DNA from: Candidatus Saccharimonadota bacterium
Lineage (GTDB): Bacteria > Patescibacteriota > Gracilibacteria > BD1-5 > UBA2023
Direction of reading: 5' to 3'
NCBI GenBank assembly: GCA_046350815.1
Contig: JAXLZO010000001.1
Coordinates: forward strand, 720,001-752,000
DNA length: 32,000 nt
Shown piece after piece: positions 20,825-31,886 of this stretch. The translations under genes were made by a program, and so were the position numbers. Every line of letters starts with the position of its first letter. Position 1 is the stretch's first letter. The notes beneath the pieces were generated by a model. The model was not told the DNA's origin and ran no database searches. It saw only the letters and a program-made list of their open reading frames with translations.

Positions 20825-23053
20825 TTATACTTTCTGCTGGATGACTCGTACTCAGGCAATATTCTCAAGACGAGCGACGAGGCGATCTCTCAGAAAATAG
20901 TCATCAATATAGGATGAGAGTTTCATGCTCACGATATAATATTGTCCCGATCGTTGCTGCTCGAATGATTCAATGGTGAGTCAGAGAGATTCTACGTGTT
21001 CAAGGATTTTGATTGGTGATGATTTTGGTGGAGTGAGCTCAAGATCCACCTGAAACAATTCAATCTTTTTTGGCCCCTGTCCAGACCAATGTGCCTCAAT
21101 AAATCGTTCAATACTACATTTTTGGAGCTCATCACAGTTATATTTATGAATACTCACGCCATGATGTGAGACGTATCCAGCAATACGATCGCCAGGGCTT
21201 GGCGTGCAGCAGGCAGCCAGATGATACTCAATATGTTTTTCACCACCAATAATTAATTCTGTATCTCATGGATGAAACTCTTCGACAACGGAATTATTTG
21301 GTTTATTGGATGGGGATTTTTCTGCATGTCGACTCCTTTGTATATCTCGCAAAAAATCAATACCTCTTACAACCGAGCTTGGCTTGCGAGATCGATTGCC
21401 TATTTGAACAAATATTTCTTCTTTGTCTCGTGCGGTCAATTCATGTCCATCAAGTACACGTAGAAGATTATTGTCCTTGTCGAGAATCATCCCAAATGTT
21501 TGTTCGAGATAACTTGCAAGCATCATGCGCCCCTTCTCGATCAATTCATCACGATGTTGTGATGCAAGGAAGCTCTTGAGAGCATCGCGTGCTCGCGAAG
21601 TTTTTACCAGTGAGAGCCAGTTGATAGATGCTTGACGCTTTGAATCGGTAATAATCTCGATGACATCACCATTTGAAAGCGGTTGATCAATAGGAACATT
21701 TCTTCCATTGATATGCACAAATGCGAGATGATTGCCAACATCGGAGTGAATATGATAAGCAAAATCAATGGCACTGGCTCATCGGGGGAGTGTGACGACT
21801 TTTCCTTTTGGGGTAAATACAAAAATTTGATCATCAAATACCTGTGTCTTCATCTCATTGAAGAATGCTGTATTATCCTCTCATCGCTCCAGAATATTTT
21901 TAATTTCGCGCACCCAGACGACATCATTTGCTACGACCGATCCACCTTTCTCTGAATATTCAAAATGTGCCGCAACTCAGATTTCGGCATGTTCATGCAT
22001 TTCACGTGTTCGAATTTGGATCTCGGTTGGTTGGGTACGATTGCTCGAGATGAGTCATACAACCGTTGTATGGAGTGATTGATAGCCGTTTTCTTTTGGA
22101 AGCGCTATATAATCCTTAAATCTCTTTGGAAGAGGTTTCCACTTGCCATGAAGATCTCCAAGAATTTCATAGCAGTGACGCACATTATCAGTGATAATTC
22201 TCACAGCAAAGAGATCATAGAGGTCACGAACATGTCATATATCTTTACGATCCAGTTTCTTGAAAATGCTATATGGAGATTTGACCCGATAGGAGATAGA
22301 ATAAATAGGAATATGCACTCAAATAATCTCGCGAATCATAGACTCAACTTGCGTGATGAATACATCTTGTGATTCTTTGAGTTCATTCAGTTCTTGAATA
22401 ATCTGATGAGCTTCGATAGGGTGGAGTGTTTTAAAACATTCAGTTTCGAGCTCACTCTTGAAATCAAAGAGGCCAAGTCTATCAGCAATGGGCGCATAAA
22501 TATTGAGTGTCTCGAGGGCAATCTTTTCACGTTTTTTTGGATCAGGATGATGAGAGAGAGTTCTCATATTGTGCAATCTATCCGCAAGTTTTACAAAGAT
22601 GATGCGAATATCATCGACCATACAAAAGAACATCTTTCGGAGGCTTCCAATAGTTCGTTCTTCTCATTGATATCGCAGTTTTGGATTTGCTAGCTTCTCC
22701 ATCCCCGCAGTGATATTGGCAACTTCATCACCATAGACTTCTCGAATCATTTCGGCACTGACAGCTGTATCTTCTGGAACATCATGGAGAAGGCACGCTT
22801 GAATCGTAACGAGGTCAGGCTTGATACTGGTAAGAATTTTTGCAGCTTCTACTGGGTGATTGATATAGGGTTCTCATGATTTTCGCATTTGCCCCTCATG
22901 AGCATCCCGTGCAAAAATATAGGTACCCCAAAGAGTATCATAGATTTCTTCTTTTGTTTGGCTGTGATTATAGCTTTTGACAAAATCAATAACCTCAAGC
23001 ATGACTTTGTCCGCATGTGAGTAATCGAGTTTTTCGGTGGAGATCGGATTCAT
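20825..23053 (-). CDS. relA: Bifunctional (p)ppGpp synthetase/hydrolase (RelA/SpoT homologue)
   Basis: 743 codons, ATG 23053 to TAA 20825-20827. HD domain ([28 protein letters not shown]). Synthetase domain ([38 protein letters not shown]). TGS domain ([23 protein letters not shown]). ACT-like C-terminus. About 11 in-frame TGA read as Gly. Confidence 0.93.
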
Positions 23054-23068
23054 AAAGAGGGATTGCTA

Positions 23069-25507
23069 CTATTCTCGGCGAAGACGTGCGGCAGTATTTG
23101 ATTCTACGTTGGTAATAATCTGCTCTTGGATATGAGAGAGCTCATCATCGGTGAGGGTGTGGTCTGAGGCAACTATATCAAATGAGAGAGTCCGAGAGAG
23201 ATTACCGGTTCAGAGCTTTGCATCGTCTCGATAATCAGCGACATGGAGAATATTTTGAAGAAGAGGTGAACTTGATTGTACCACTTTGCACAATTGAGCA
23301 AAGCTCAAACGTTCTGGTGTCACAAAGTTTAATTCTCGGTTTGTTGATTGAAATTTTGAGAGTGACTTATATGTGATTGTCTTTGTGAAAATTGCATGAA
23401 ATTCTTCAAGATCGATCTCAATGGAGAATATGTATTCATTTGAGAGGTCATATTGTCTGAGAGTGCTTGGATGAATGTAGCCAGCAATGAGGAGTGGTTC
23501 TTCTTTTCCAGGAACAATGACGAGTTTTCCAGGATGATAGGCTGGAAAATGAGTAACATCATGAGGTATGATACGAGTACCACCAGAAATAAATTCGCAG
23601 ACTCTCTGAAGGAGTTCTTTATTTATAGTGTCGCTATATCCTCGTGTTGTAATAATCACTCGTTCATCATCCTGCATCGTACCACTGTCATCCTTCTTGT
23701 GAGTTCGACCGATCTCAAAGAGTCAGAATACTTCAGCTCTTTTTGTATTATCCTTGATAGTATGAAGCATCCATGGGAGCATATGACGTCTCATATGAGT
23801 ATGATCCTCATTGGTCGAATTTAGAAGAGCTATACTGTTTGTATGATCGTATATTCCTACATGTTCATTGTCCTCTTGGTTACTAAAAGAATAGTTGTAA
23901 CATTCGAGAAGATTCTGAGAAACGAGAAAAGAACGCACTGATCGAATCAGGGCCACTCTTTTATTTTCAACGACGATTTCATTGCTACGAATGATAGGAG
24001 TAGAAGGGATATTCTCATACCCATACATTCGTGCGACTTCTTCGACGATATCCGCAGGAATACTCACATCTTTGGTAGCTCGGTGCGCAGGCACACGAAC
24101 ATGATAGGACTCATTTGACTCAGATACTTCAAATGCAAGTTTTTGAAGTATTGAGGTGATTTGTTCTTTTGATATATCTACCCCAAGGCATGATTCAATA
24201 TACTTATGAGTGAGTTCAATTTCTACGGTTGGAGTAATAGGTTTGAATGATGCTTGGGATATTCGAGTGCTTTCGCTGTATTCTTTGAGATAGTCTTCAA
24301 ATCTTCGAATGGCTCGTTCACATCAGAGAGGATTTTGTGATTTCTCAAATCGCATGCTTGCAGCAGTGCGGAGTCCGATCCGTGCAGAGGTAAAGCGAAT
24401 AGTTGTTGCATCAAAGCATCAAGCTTCGACGAGAATATGTGTTGTAGAGGCATGAGTTGCGGTTCTCTTGCCACCGATCACACCAGCAAGACAGATTACT
24501 CCCACTTCATCGGCAATAACCAAATCAGTGGACTTGAGAATATAGGTCTTATCATTGAGTGCTTCAAATAACTCTCATTCCTGTGCCATACGAATCGATA
24601 CCACTCCAACTAACTTATCCGCATCATAGATATGCATCGGGGCAGCTGTTTCATACATGACAAGATTTGATACATCAGCAAAGAAATTGTTGGATCGCTC
24701 ATCGAGTCGATGCAGGAGAATAGGGATAAGGCCTGGATTCGTTACAGGATGGGCGATTTGATATTCATTGAGAGTGAATGTTTGTATGCATTTCTCTGCC
24801 CATGCATCTATGTTGATTGATTTTTCCACACCACCACCTATTCTATCAATTGATTTGAGTGGTTCAAACGATGCATCATAGAGTGTGCTCATCTCGCGAG
24901 CATTTCACTCTACCCCAAAGAGATCAGGACGATTCGTGATAAATTTATTATCAATTTCAAAGATCGTCTCCTGCATCGGAACAGATATCGGCTTGTCACT
25001 TGATGAAAGCAAGGTAGATGATAGGCTAAAAAATGGTACCCCAATGAGTGATTCAAGTTCGGTAGTACTCCAAATATCTTCAAGTTGCAATATCCCACCA
25101 CTTCGTTCGCCTTCAAGTCCGATTTCATCAGCTCAACAGAGCATACCTTGAGAGAGCTCCCCACGAATAGTTGATTCGGCTATCGTAAAATCAGGTCATA
25201 GTACTGCCCCTGGAAGTGCGAGAGCTGCAAACTTTGTCTCGGGAGCATTGGGTGCGCCACAGACAATTTGCCGCTTTCCATGAGTACCAGCATCAACCAT
25301 CACAATATTGAGTCGGTCGCTATTTTCATGTTTTCTTGTCTCGAGGACTTTTGCAACCACAACAAGATGATGAGAAAAAGTCGTATGAATTCCATCGATT
25401 TCCGCAGTGTGGATAGAGTATTCATGGGCAAGTGTTGTATTATCTTTCTTCTGACGAATAGCATCAATCGGAGTGTAGCTTTGGAGCCAAGTAAGCGGAA
25501 GTTGCAT
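23069..25507 (-). CDS. pheT: Phenylalanine--tRNA ligase beta subunit
   Basis: 813 codons, ATG 25507 to TAG 23069-23071. N-terminal MQLPLTWLQ plus a tRNA-binding OB fold (VVVAKVLETRKHENSDRLNIVMVDAG). B3/4 and B5 regions are present, and the C-terminal FDX-ACB is LSFDIVASDHTLTDDEL. No pheS is adjacent. It ends 15 nt before the relA start. Confidence 0.92.
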
Positions 25508-25621
25508 AAGGATAAAAAATTCTATATGGTTGTATATTAGTTACAAAGTGCAGCTTGGCAATCCATTTGTATATAAAAAATTTGCCCAAAACGATGAAAA
25601 TAGTGTAGACTAGAAAAAAAT

Positions 25622-25993
25622 ATGAAATTTATACTTCTTCGTCTTTGACACATCTTCTGCTGAATATGCTCCATGATTGGTTTGCTGAGTCTGAGTGTTG
25701 CTCAAGCTGCCGATACAACGTATCTCGGTATTTCCAAGGAGGATCTTCGTAGTGGTAATATTACCACGGATGATATACCGAAAGTAATCGTCTCACTCAT
25801 CAATATTGTGCTTGCTCTTGCTGGTACTATTAGTCTCATCATGATTATCTACGGAGCATTTCAGATGGTGATGGGTTCGTATGAGCAGAATGTGAAATGA
25901 GGAAAACAAACCATTACCTATGCACTCATCGGTCTTGTAATCAGTGCATCTTCATGGTTCATTATAAAATTTGTATTTACCAGTTTTGTCTAG
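25622..25993 (+). CDS. Small TrbC/VirB2-like (T4SS-pilin-like) membrane protein
   Basis: 123 aa. It has a signal-like N-terminus ending AQA/AD, and two hydrophobic helices separated by the loop GSYEQNVK(TGA)GKQ. This topology and spacing are typical of the pilin-like small proteins common in CPR genomes. The family call is from pattern recall only. Confidence 0.5.
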
Positions 25994-25994
25994 T

Positions 25995-26447
25995 ATGTTT
26001 ACCTGGCAAGTTGTTAGCAAAGAACATCGTTCATCCCAATGGTATATGGTTGGTTGAGCACTTATCCTCGCATTGGTATTGTGGGGGATATTTATGGGTA
26101 TGTATGTTCTCTCGATTGTTGCACTTCTGCTCGCAGGTGTCGCAGTCTTTGCGAACAATAACACTCCTGACACAACAGAAATTACCATCGATGAAAATGG
26201 TATAATGATTGGCCAATCGTTCTATGATTGGACACAGGTATCTGCTTATGCTCTGCAGCACGATAATGGTCGAGCGATACTCTTGAGGCTCTATTTTCGC
26301 TCTGCAAATGTTCTCTTTGCGACTCGCGATATTGACCTTGATCCAAATATACCAGCAAAAGAAATTGATAACTTTCTCTCACAAATTCTTGAGAGACGAG
26401 AGGTGAAGGATGTGGGATTTTTTGAGAAGATGGTGAGAGGGTGGTAA
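25995..26447 (+). CDS. Hypothetical two-TM membrane protein
   Basis: ATG 25995, 1 nt after the previous stop, to TAA 26445-26447. A W....KEHRSSQWY motif is followed by two TM helices and a soluble tail of about 85 aa. Confidence 0.55.
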
Positions 26448-26463
26448 TTACTTGCTTCATTTT

Positions 26464-27630
26464 TTACTCTTGATACATCATTGTTCCATTAACATTTTTC
26501 CATGTCCCTGTAGATGCTTTTAATGGGGATTTTATCTTGGAGCATTGAAAGGTAGTGCGGTAGTTATTTGATATTTTATTAAGTTGTGTTGTATATATTT
26601 TATACTGACTCCTTTCGTTAACAATCTCATTAGCAATGCTTTGGTATCAAGATTGATTAAGTGTATGAATTCACGTAAGAAAAGTATCAAGTCACTCAAA
26701 CTGAATATATGAACCATACATAGCTGATATAGTAAGTATTTTTTTAATTGTCAGATCCTTGCTATCTTGTGACGAATGAAGATCTGAACATTGTGAATAC
26801 TCAAACCATTCTTTTGCATAGTCTTTATACTGAGTATCTTGATATATTCTATTATCGGTATCTCTACTTGCTCTATCCTGTATTTCGGGAAAGAGTCAGT
26901 AGAGCTCACTTGCGGCTGAGACTTTGTATGGCATAAAACCAAGTTTCTTTGGTATTATTATTTTGCAAAATAAATCTTGCTCTTGTCTGGATAGCCCCTG
27001 AAGATTTGACCTCCAGGATGCATTACCTTCTTCCTTTCAAAGCGTGATCTGTAAACATTGATGAAACATGAAAGCCTCCAACGTAACTTTGTCTATTATA
27101 TCATTAGCTTTGCATGTTTGCTTATACCATGGCGCGTTATTAGAGTACATACCAAGACTTGTTGTTTGTACAATATTGCACTGTCATTTATCTTTGATCC
27201 AAAAACTCTGTGGAGATCCGGCCGAATCGGACCCAAATGCAAGCGTGAGGAGGATAATTGATAGAACAGGTGAACATAACACTCCAATTCAGAATATTTT
27301 CCCAATAGTTTTTATAAGACCCATCGTTCCATTTTTTTTGAACTCTGTATATAGCCAATATAAACTACTTAAGAAGATAAAAATTCCAACGGATAGAAGT
27401 GCTCAATAAACTAAAAATGTGATATAACTTGAGATCTGATAAAATCATGCAAAACCAAGAAATGATGTGGGTATAATTATATACCAAGGGCTTATAATAT
27501 GTTTCTCCTTTAATTCATTTGATTGAACTTGTAATAATCGTCAACAGTTAGTACATGTACCAGATTTTCACTCCTGATCATCAGCGATATTATATTCTTT
27601 CTGACATCAATCACAGATAACTTTTATCAT
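26464..27630 (-). CDS. Zinc-ribbon membrane protein, hypothetical
   Basis: 389 codons with no TAA or TAG in strongly AT-rich DNA, plus about 11 TGA. The N-terminus MIKVICD(TGA)CQKEYNIADDQE.KSGTCTNC(TGA)R has a CxxC...CxxC ribbon. Three to four hydrophobic segments and a Cys-containing C-terminal domain follow. The frame is invisible in the standard-code ORF track. Confidence 0.7.
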
Positions 27631-27757
27631 AATTTTTGGATAAAGATAGTAGTAGGATACTATGTTTTCTAGATAAAAATGCAAATTAATACAGGCAAGT
27701 AAAAGTGTCTTGAATCTCCCAAGAAGTATATCTCATTAAAAATACTTTTTAATTCTT

Positions 27758-27794
27758 AATACAAATATCCCTCAACTTGAGGGATATTTGTATT
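27758..27794 (-). terminator. Long hairpin immediately downstream of the typA stop
   Basis: aatacaaatatccctcaa / ttgagggatatttgtatt is a near-perfect 18-bp palindrome abutting the TAA at 27793-27795. No clean U-tract follows it on the minus strand. Confidence 0.5.
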
Positions 27795-29592
27795 ATTTTC
27801 CATTCTTCTTTCGTTCTGTTTCAGTGAGCCACTTCTTACGAAGTCGGAGTGAGATAGGAGTGATTTCTACGTATTCATCTGATTGAACATAGTCGAGACA
27901 ATCTTCGAGAGTCATCTGACGAATTGGAGTGAGGCGGATTGCTTCATCTGCGCCACTTGCACGCATATTGGTAAGCTGCTTGTTCTTCGTTGGATTTACC
28001 ACGAGGTCACCACCCTTGAGATGCTCACCGAGAATCATTCCTTCGTATACTTCTGTTCCTGGTTCGATAAGGATTGGTCCACGTTCTTGGAGGTTCCAGA
28101 GTGAGTAGGCCATAGCAGTACCTGGACATCCTGAAATCATGGATCCAACATCACGTTTTGCGATCTCTCCCTTGTATTCATCATAGTGTGAGAATGAAGA
28201 GTATATAATACCTTCACCCTTGGTTTCGATAGTGAATACAGAGCGAAACCCAAGAAGTCCACGAGTTGGAACATCGAACTCGAGATTCGTGATTCCGTTC
28301 TCTGTTTGCATGTTCTTGATGATACCCTTTCTCTTTCCAAGATGCTCGATGATTGATCCAGAGAACGATTCTGGTACGGACACCACAACTTGTTCGATTG
28401 GCTCCAGTTTCTTATTTCCTTCTTGTCGGAAGATAACTTCTGGAGCTCCTACCTGAAGTTCGAATCCCTCACGACGCATAGTCTCGATAAGTACTGAGAG
28501 GTGAAGTTCTCCACGACCTGATACCATATAGGAGCTACCATCGGAGTTATCAAAATCAATTTTGAGTCCTACGTTCATCTCGAGTTCCTTTTCAAGGCGA
28601 TCACGGATCTGACGAGATGTTACAAATTTACCTTCCTTTCCAGCAAATGGACTTGAGTTTACTCCGAATTCCATCTTGAGTGTCGGTGCATCGATCGTGA
28701 TCGGAGGCATTGGTTGTGCATCGGGAGAAGACGATACAGTTTCCCCTACGTAGATATCGGCAATACCGGCGATAGTCACGATGTCACCAGCCTCTGCTGT
28801 CTCAGTTTCTACACGTTTGAGCCCGAGAGAGGTGAAGATCTTTGAGATTTTTCCGCTACGAACCACACTATCATTTCCAATGATAGATACGTTTTGTCCA
28901 GTTTTTACGATTCCTTCGTAGACGCGACCGATACCCATACGACCAAGGTAGTTGTCATAAGCGAGATTGGCAATTTGCATACGGAACGCAGCTGATTGAT
29001 CATTCTTTGCTGGTGCCACTTTCTCAAGTACAGCGTCAAAGAGGGGAGTAATATCCTTTTTCTCATCATTGAGATTGAGGAGAGCAATACCATCACGAGC
29101 GATTGTATAGACAATAGGGAAGTCGAGCTGATCATCATTCGCACCGAGCTGTACAAAGAGGTCAAAGACCATATCAATAACAGCGGCTGGTTGTGCTGAT
29201 GGTTTGTCAATTTTGTTGATCACAACGATAGGTCGTAGACCGAGTTCAAGTGATTTCTTGAGTACAAATCGTGTTTGTGGCATTGGTCCTTCGTAAGCAT
29301 CTACTACGAGGAGTACTGAGTCCACCATACGAAGCACACGTTCAACTTCTGATCCAAAATCAGCATGCCCTGGAGTATCGACGATATTAATCTTGACGTC
29401 TTTATAAGTAACAGCGGTATTTTTTGCATAGATAGTAATACCACGTTCACGTTCTTGGTCGTTGGAATCCATAATGGTTGTTCCTACATCTTCGTTCTCA
29501 CGAAAGACATTTCCTTGTTTGAGAAGGGCGTCTACAAGTGTTGTTTTTCCATGATCTACATGGGCGATAATCGCGATATTTCGGTATTGCAT
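27793..29592 (-). CDS. typA: Translational GTPase TypA/BipA
   Basis: [37 protein letters not shown] and full-length TypA-like sequence to TAA 27793-27795. Start is set at 29592; the ORF-track start at 29667 adds 25 residues with no homology. The gene contains no TGA codon. Confidence 0.93.
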   Translation of the reverse strand: MQYRNIAIIAHVDHGKTTLVDALLKQGNVFRENEDVGTTIMDSNDQERERGITIYAKNTAVTYKDVKINIVDTPGHADFGSEVERVLRMVDSVLLVVDAYEGPMPQTRFVLKKSLELGLRPIVVINKIDKPSAQPAAVIDMVFDLFVQLGANDDQLDFPIVYTIARDGIALLNLNDEKKDITPLFDAVLEKVAPAKNDQSAAFRMQIANLAYDNYLGRMGIGRVYEGIVKTGQNVSIIGNDSVVRSGKISKIFTSLGLKRVETETAEAGDIVTIAGIADIYVGETVSSSPDAQPMPPITIDAPTLKMEFGVNSSPFAGKEGKFVTSRQIRDRLEKELEMNVGLKIDFDNSDGSSYMVSGRGELHLSVLIETMRREGFELQVGAPEVIFRQEGNKKLEPIEQVVVSVPESFSGSIIEHLGKRKGIIKNMQTENGITNLEFDVPTRGLLGFRSVFTIETKGEGIIYSSFSHYDEYKGEIAKRDVGSMISGCPGTAMAYSLWNLQERGPILIEPGTEVYEGMILGEHLKGGDLVVNPTKNKQLTNMRASGADEAIRLTPIRQMTLEDCLDYVQSDEYVEITPISLRLRKKWLTETERKKNGK

Positions 29593-29752
29593 GCAATGAG
29601 TATAAAAGAAATACCTGCTTGCACAGGTGATTTGCCTTAGATAGTATGAAAATTTTGAAAATTGCAAGCTATAATATACAAAAACCAGTGATGATTTTTG
29701 ACGAAAATGAAAATCTATTCTATTCTGGAGGTATATTTATCGATATACTCAT

Positions 29753-31591
29753 ATGCCAGAAATTGATTTGCGAAAACTTCGAGAAATGCAACTTGCACAA
29801 ACTCAAAATCATGAAGACTCCTCAGAAAATACTGCCTCTGCTTGATCTGAAATAACTCATGGAATTATTGACTTGTGAACAAATAATTCCTCATCTTCGG
29901 TCGTGTCTGAGAATTTGATACCTCAAAAACCTCCTCAAAAAGATGTATGGATCGATACCCCACATGAGCGCGTTTCAGAAATATCTGAGGACAAATGAAT
30001 CATCAAAGCAAAACCGATCAAGATATCACTCTCGAGTCTGAGTCAGCATCAGAAGCAGAAAGATCCAGAACGTCTCTATCAAGAAAAGGAAGAGGCACTT
30101 GGAAAGATATTTGGTGAAAGTATTCCTCAGACAGGAGCTGATAGTCAAGATGTTTGATCAGGTGAAATGATTGATGTCATTCAAACAATTCCTCAAGAAA
30201 CCAAACTTCTTGAAGAAGGAGGAAAACAGATTGAATCAAGTATTCAAGAAAATCCTATTGTATCTATATCAAGCATACCAGATCAGACTGATCTGGTAAG
30301 TAGCTCTCAAGAAGACAGAGCAATACTCAATGAGGTGCCACCTGTAATTGAGTCTCAATTTGTAGAGCCAATATCCACCAAGAATGAGGGTAGTGCAGTG
30401 GAAAATATGACGACACAGGAGAGTGTAAATACCCAAGATTTGCAACGTGATACCCTTGAAAATACACTTGAAAGTAGCTCTCAATCATCAAAGGATACGA
30501 TTTCAGCAAGCTGAATAGCAATATCTCCACAGGCAGGTTTCTTTCCTGAACTTTCATTTATTACGCCAATCAGTATTTCAAAACCAGAAGATCTTTGATC
30601 GGATGTTGCCCCAGGAGAGAATGATACTATCATTTCAAATGAGTCAGTTACTCCTCTGATTGATGCCACCCCACTACAAGAAGCAGTCACTTTGGGTGAA
30701 CAAGAGCCTCAGGAGGTGCTATCTCATTCTGAAGTTGCTCTTACAGAGATAGCTTCACCAATCGAGTGATCACAAAGCAGTTCTTCTGATGAGGTTTCAG
30801 TGCTCTGAGAGGCTGCAGTGATGCCTCAAGATATCAGTATATCTGAAACAGTAGAATGATCATCAGTTTTGGCTGAAGTTTCTCCACCAAATGAAACACC
30901 TCCACAGGAGAGTGGTGCTCAAAATCTCCATGAAACAAATAAAAAATCGTTGCGTTGGGTGATATCTGGAGTTGTGGTTATGTTGCTTACACTTGGTTGA
31001 GGAGGTTTTTATCTCTGGAATAATCAATCACAGATATCTGTCCCAACGCCGAATAATGAAACAGATGAAACAATTATAAATATTGCTGATCTTCCGAAAA
31101 ATCCTTCGTCAACATGAACTCTTACCGGTGCTATCATGACATGATCGATATTAACTGGTACAACGATTGAAACAACAGGATCAACGATATTGATAGGAAC
31201 ATGAATGATGAATACAAGCTCTGGCGTGCTTATTGGATCGGGACTGATGTCTTCAAGTGGTGGTATCTCTATGAGCGGAGTGACATCTACCTGAGTACTC
31301 GTACAAAGTGGCACTATCAAGCCAACTCCCTCATCAGGAAGTGGTACAGTTGGAAACTCTTGATCTCTTGTATCAAATACCTCAACCGGAAAAGTTATCA
31401 CATCAACATGATCAAATACCTCGACTGGAAAAACTGTAACCGGAACTGGATCAAGCACCTCAAAGCCAAATACGAGTACTGGATCGACCGTGATAACACC
31501 AGCTGTGACTCCTCCAAAATATATTGAAGGTCGAGATTATAGAGTATACGGTGGTGGGTACAAACTTATACGAACAGTAAAAAAGAAATAA
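29753..31591 (+). CDS. Single-pass membrane protein with an acidic disordered N-terminal region and a Ser/Thr/Gly-rich C-terminal region, hypothetical
   Basis: 613 codons, from the first in-frame ATG at 29753 to TAA 31589-31591, with no TAA or TAG and many TGA. One clear TM helix is WVISGVVVMLLTLGGGGFYLW (about 30960-31020). Downstream is an STG-rich low-complexity stretch ending ...KYIEGRDYRVYGGGYKLIRTVKKK. Confidence 0.7.
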
Positions 31592-31595
31592 ATTT

Positions 31596-31877
31596 ATGAT
31601 GTTCTTTTGGAAAAAACGTACCAGCTTGAGTCAGCAGTGGTGTGACCGATTTATCTAATTTTTTGGAATGATCTGATCAATCATGACGCTACCGTAAATA
31701 CAAAAAATATGGTATGAGACGAATATAGATAGGGTTTCAATTATCTCATGGTCTACCTATCTCATTACCAGTTGTGTTTGGCCATTGTATGGCATATTCC
31801 ATAATATCTTTACGAACTTTCTTTGAATTCTTGCAAATGGTATGATTGTTATCGGAATATTGGTGCATGGATCATAA
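31596..31877 (+). pseudogene. SemiSWEET / PQ-loop sugar transporter interrupted by two in-frame TAA codons
   Basis: A single frame reads MMFFWKKRTSLSQQWCDRFI*FFGMIGSIMTLP*IQKIWYETNIDRVSIISWSTYLITSCVWPLYGIFHNIFTNFLGILANGMIVIGILVHGS*. The second TAA (31695-31697) falls exactly where the conserved Gln of the PQ motif is expected. Confidence 0.65.
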
Positions 31878-31886
31878 TAATCCTTA

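Noticed and set aside
27736-27752. AT-only palindrome ttaaaaatactttttaa downstream of typA
   Set aside because: It would form only weak A-T pairs and is expected by chance in this composition. The adjacent 18-bp GC-containing hairpin is the better terminator candidate.
29593-29667. N-terminal 25-residue extension of typA given in the ORF track
   Set aside because: The conserved TypA N-terminus begins at [18 protein letters not shown] (start 29592). The extension (MQFSKFSYYLRQITCASRYFFYTHC) has no counterpart in the family.
29647-29675. Possible sigma70-type promoter (tgaaaa, 17 nt, tataat) for the 29753 gene
   Set aside because: The -35 match is weak. AT-rich DNA produces such hexamers by chance, and promoter consensus for this lineage is unknown, so it is not reported as a feature.
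29646-29855. 69-aa plus-strand ORF in the typA-divergent region
   Set aside because: It is out of frame with, and largely overlapped by, the 613-codon gene starting at 29753. It has no recognisable features.
31024-31458. 144-aa minus-strand ORF uninterrupted under the standard code
   Set aside because: It is antisense to a 613-codon plus-strand frame that has no TAA or TAG. The antisense frame is open only because the sense strand is rich in Ser/Thr/Gly codons.
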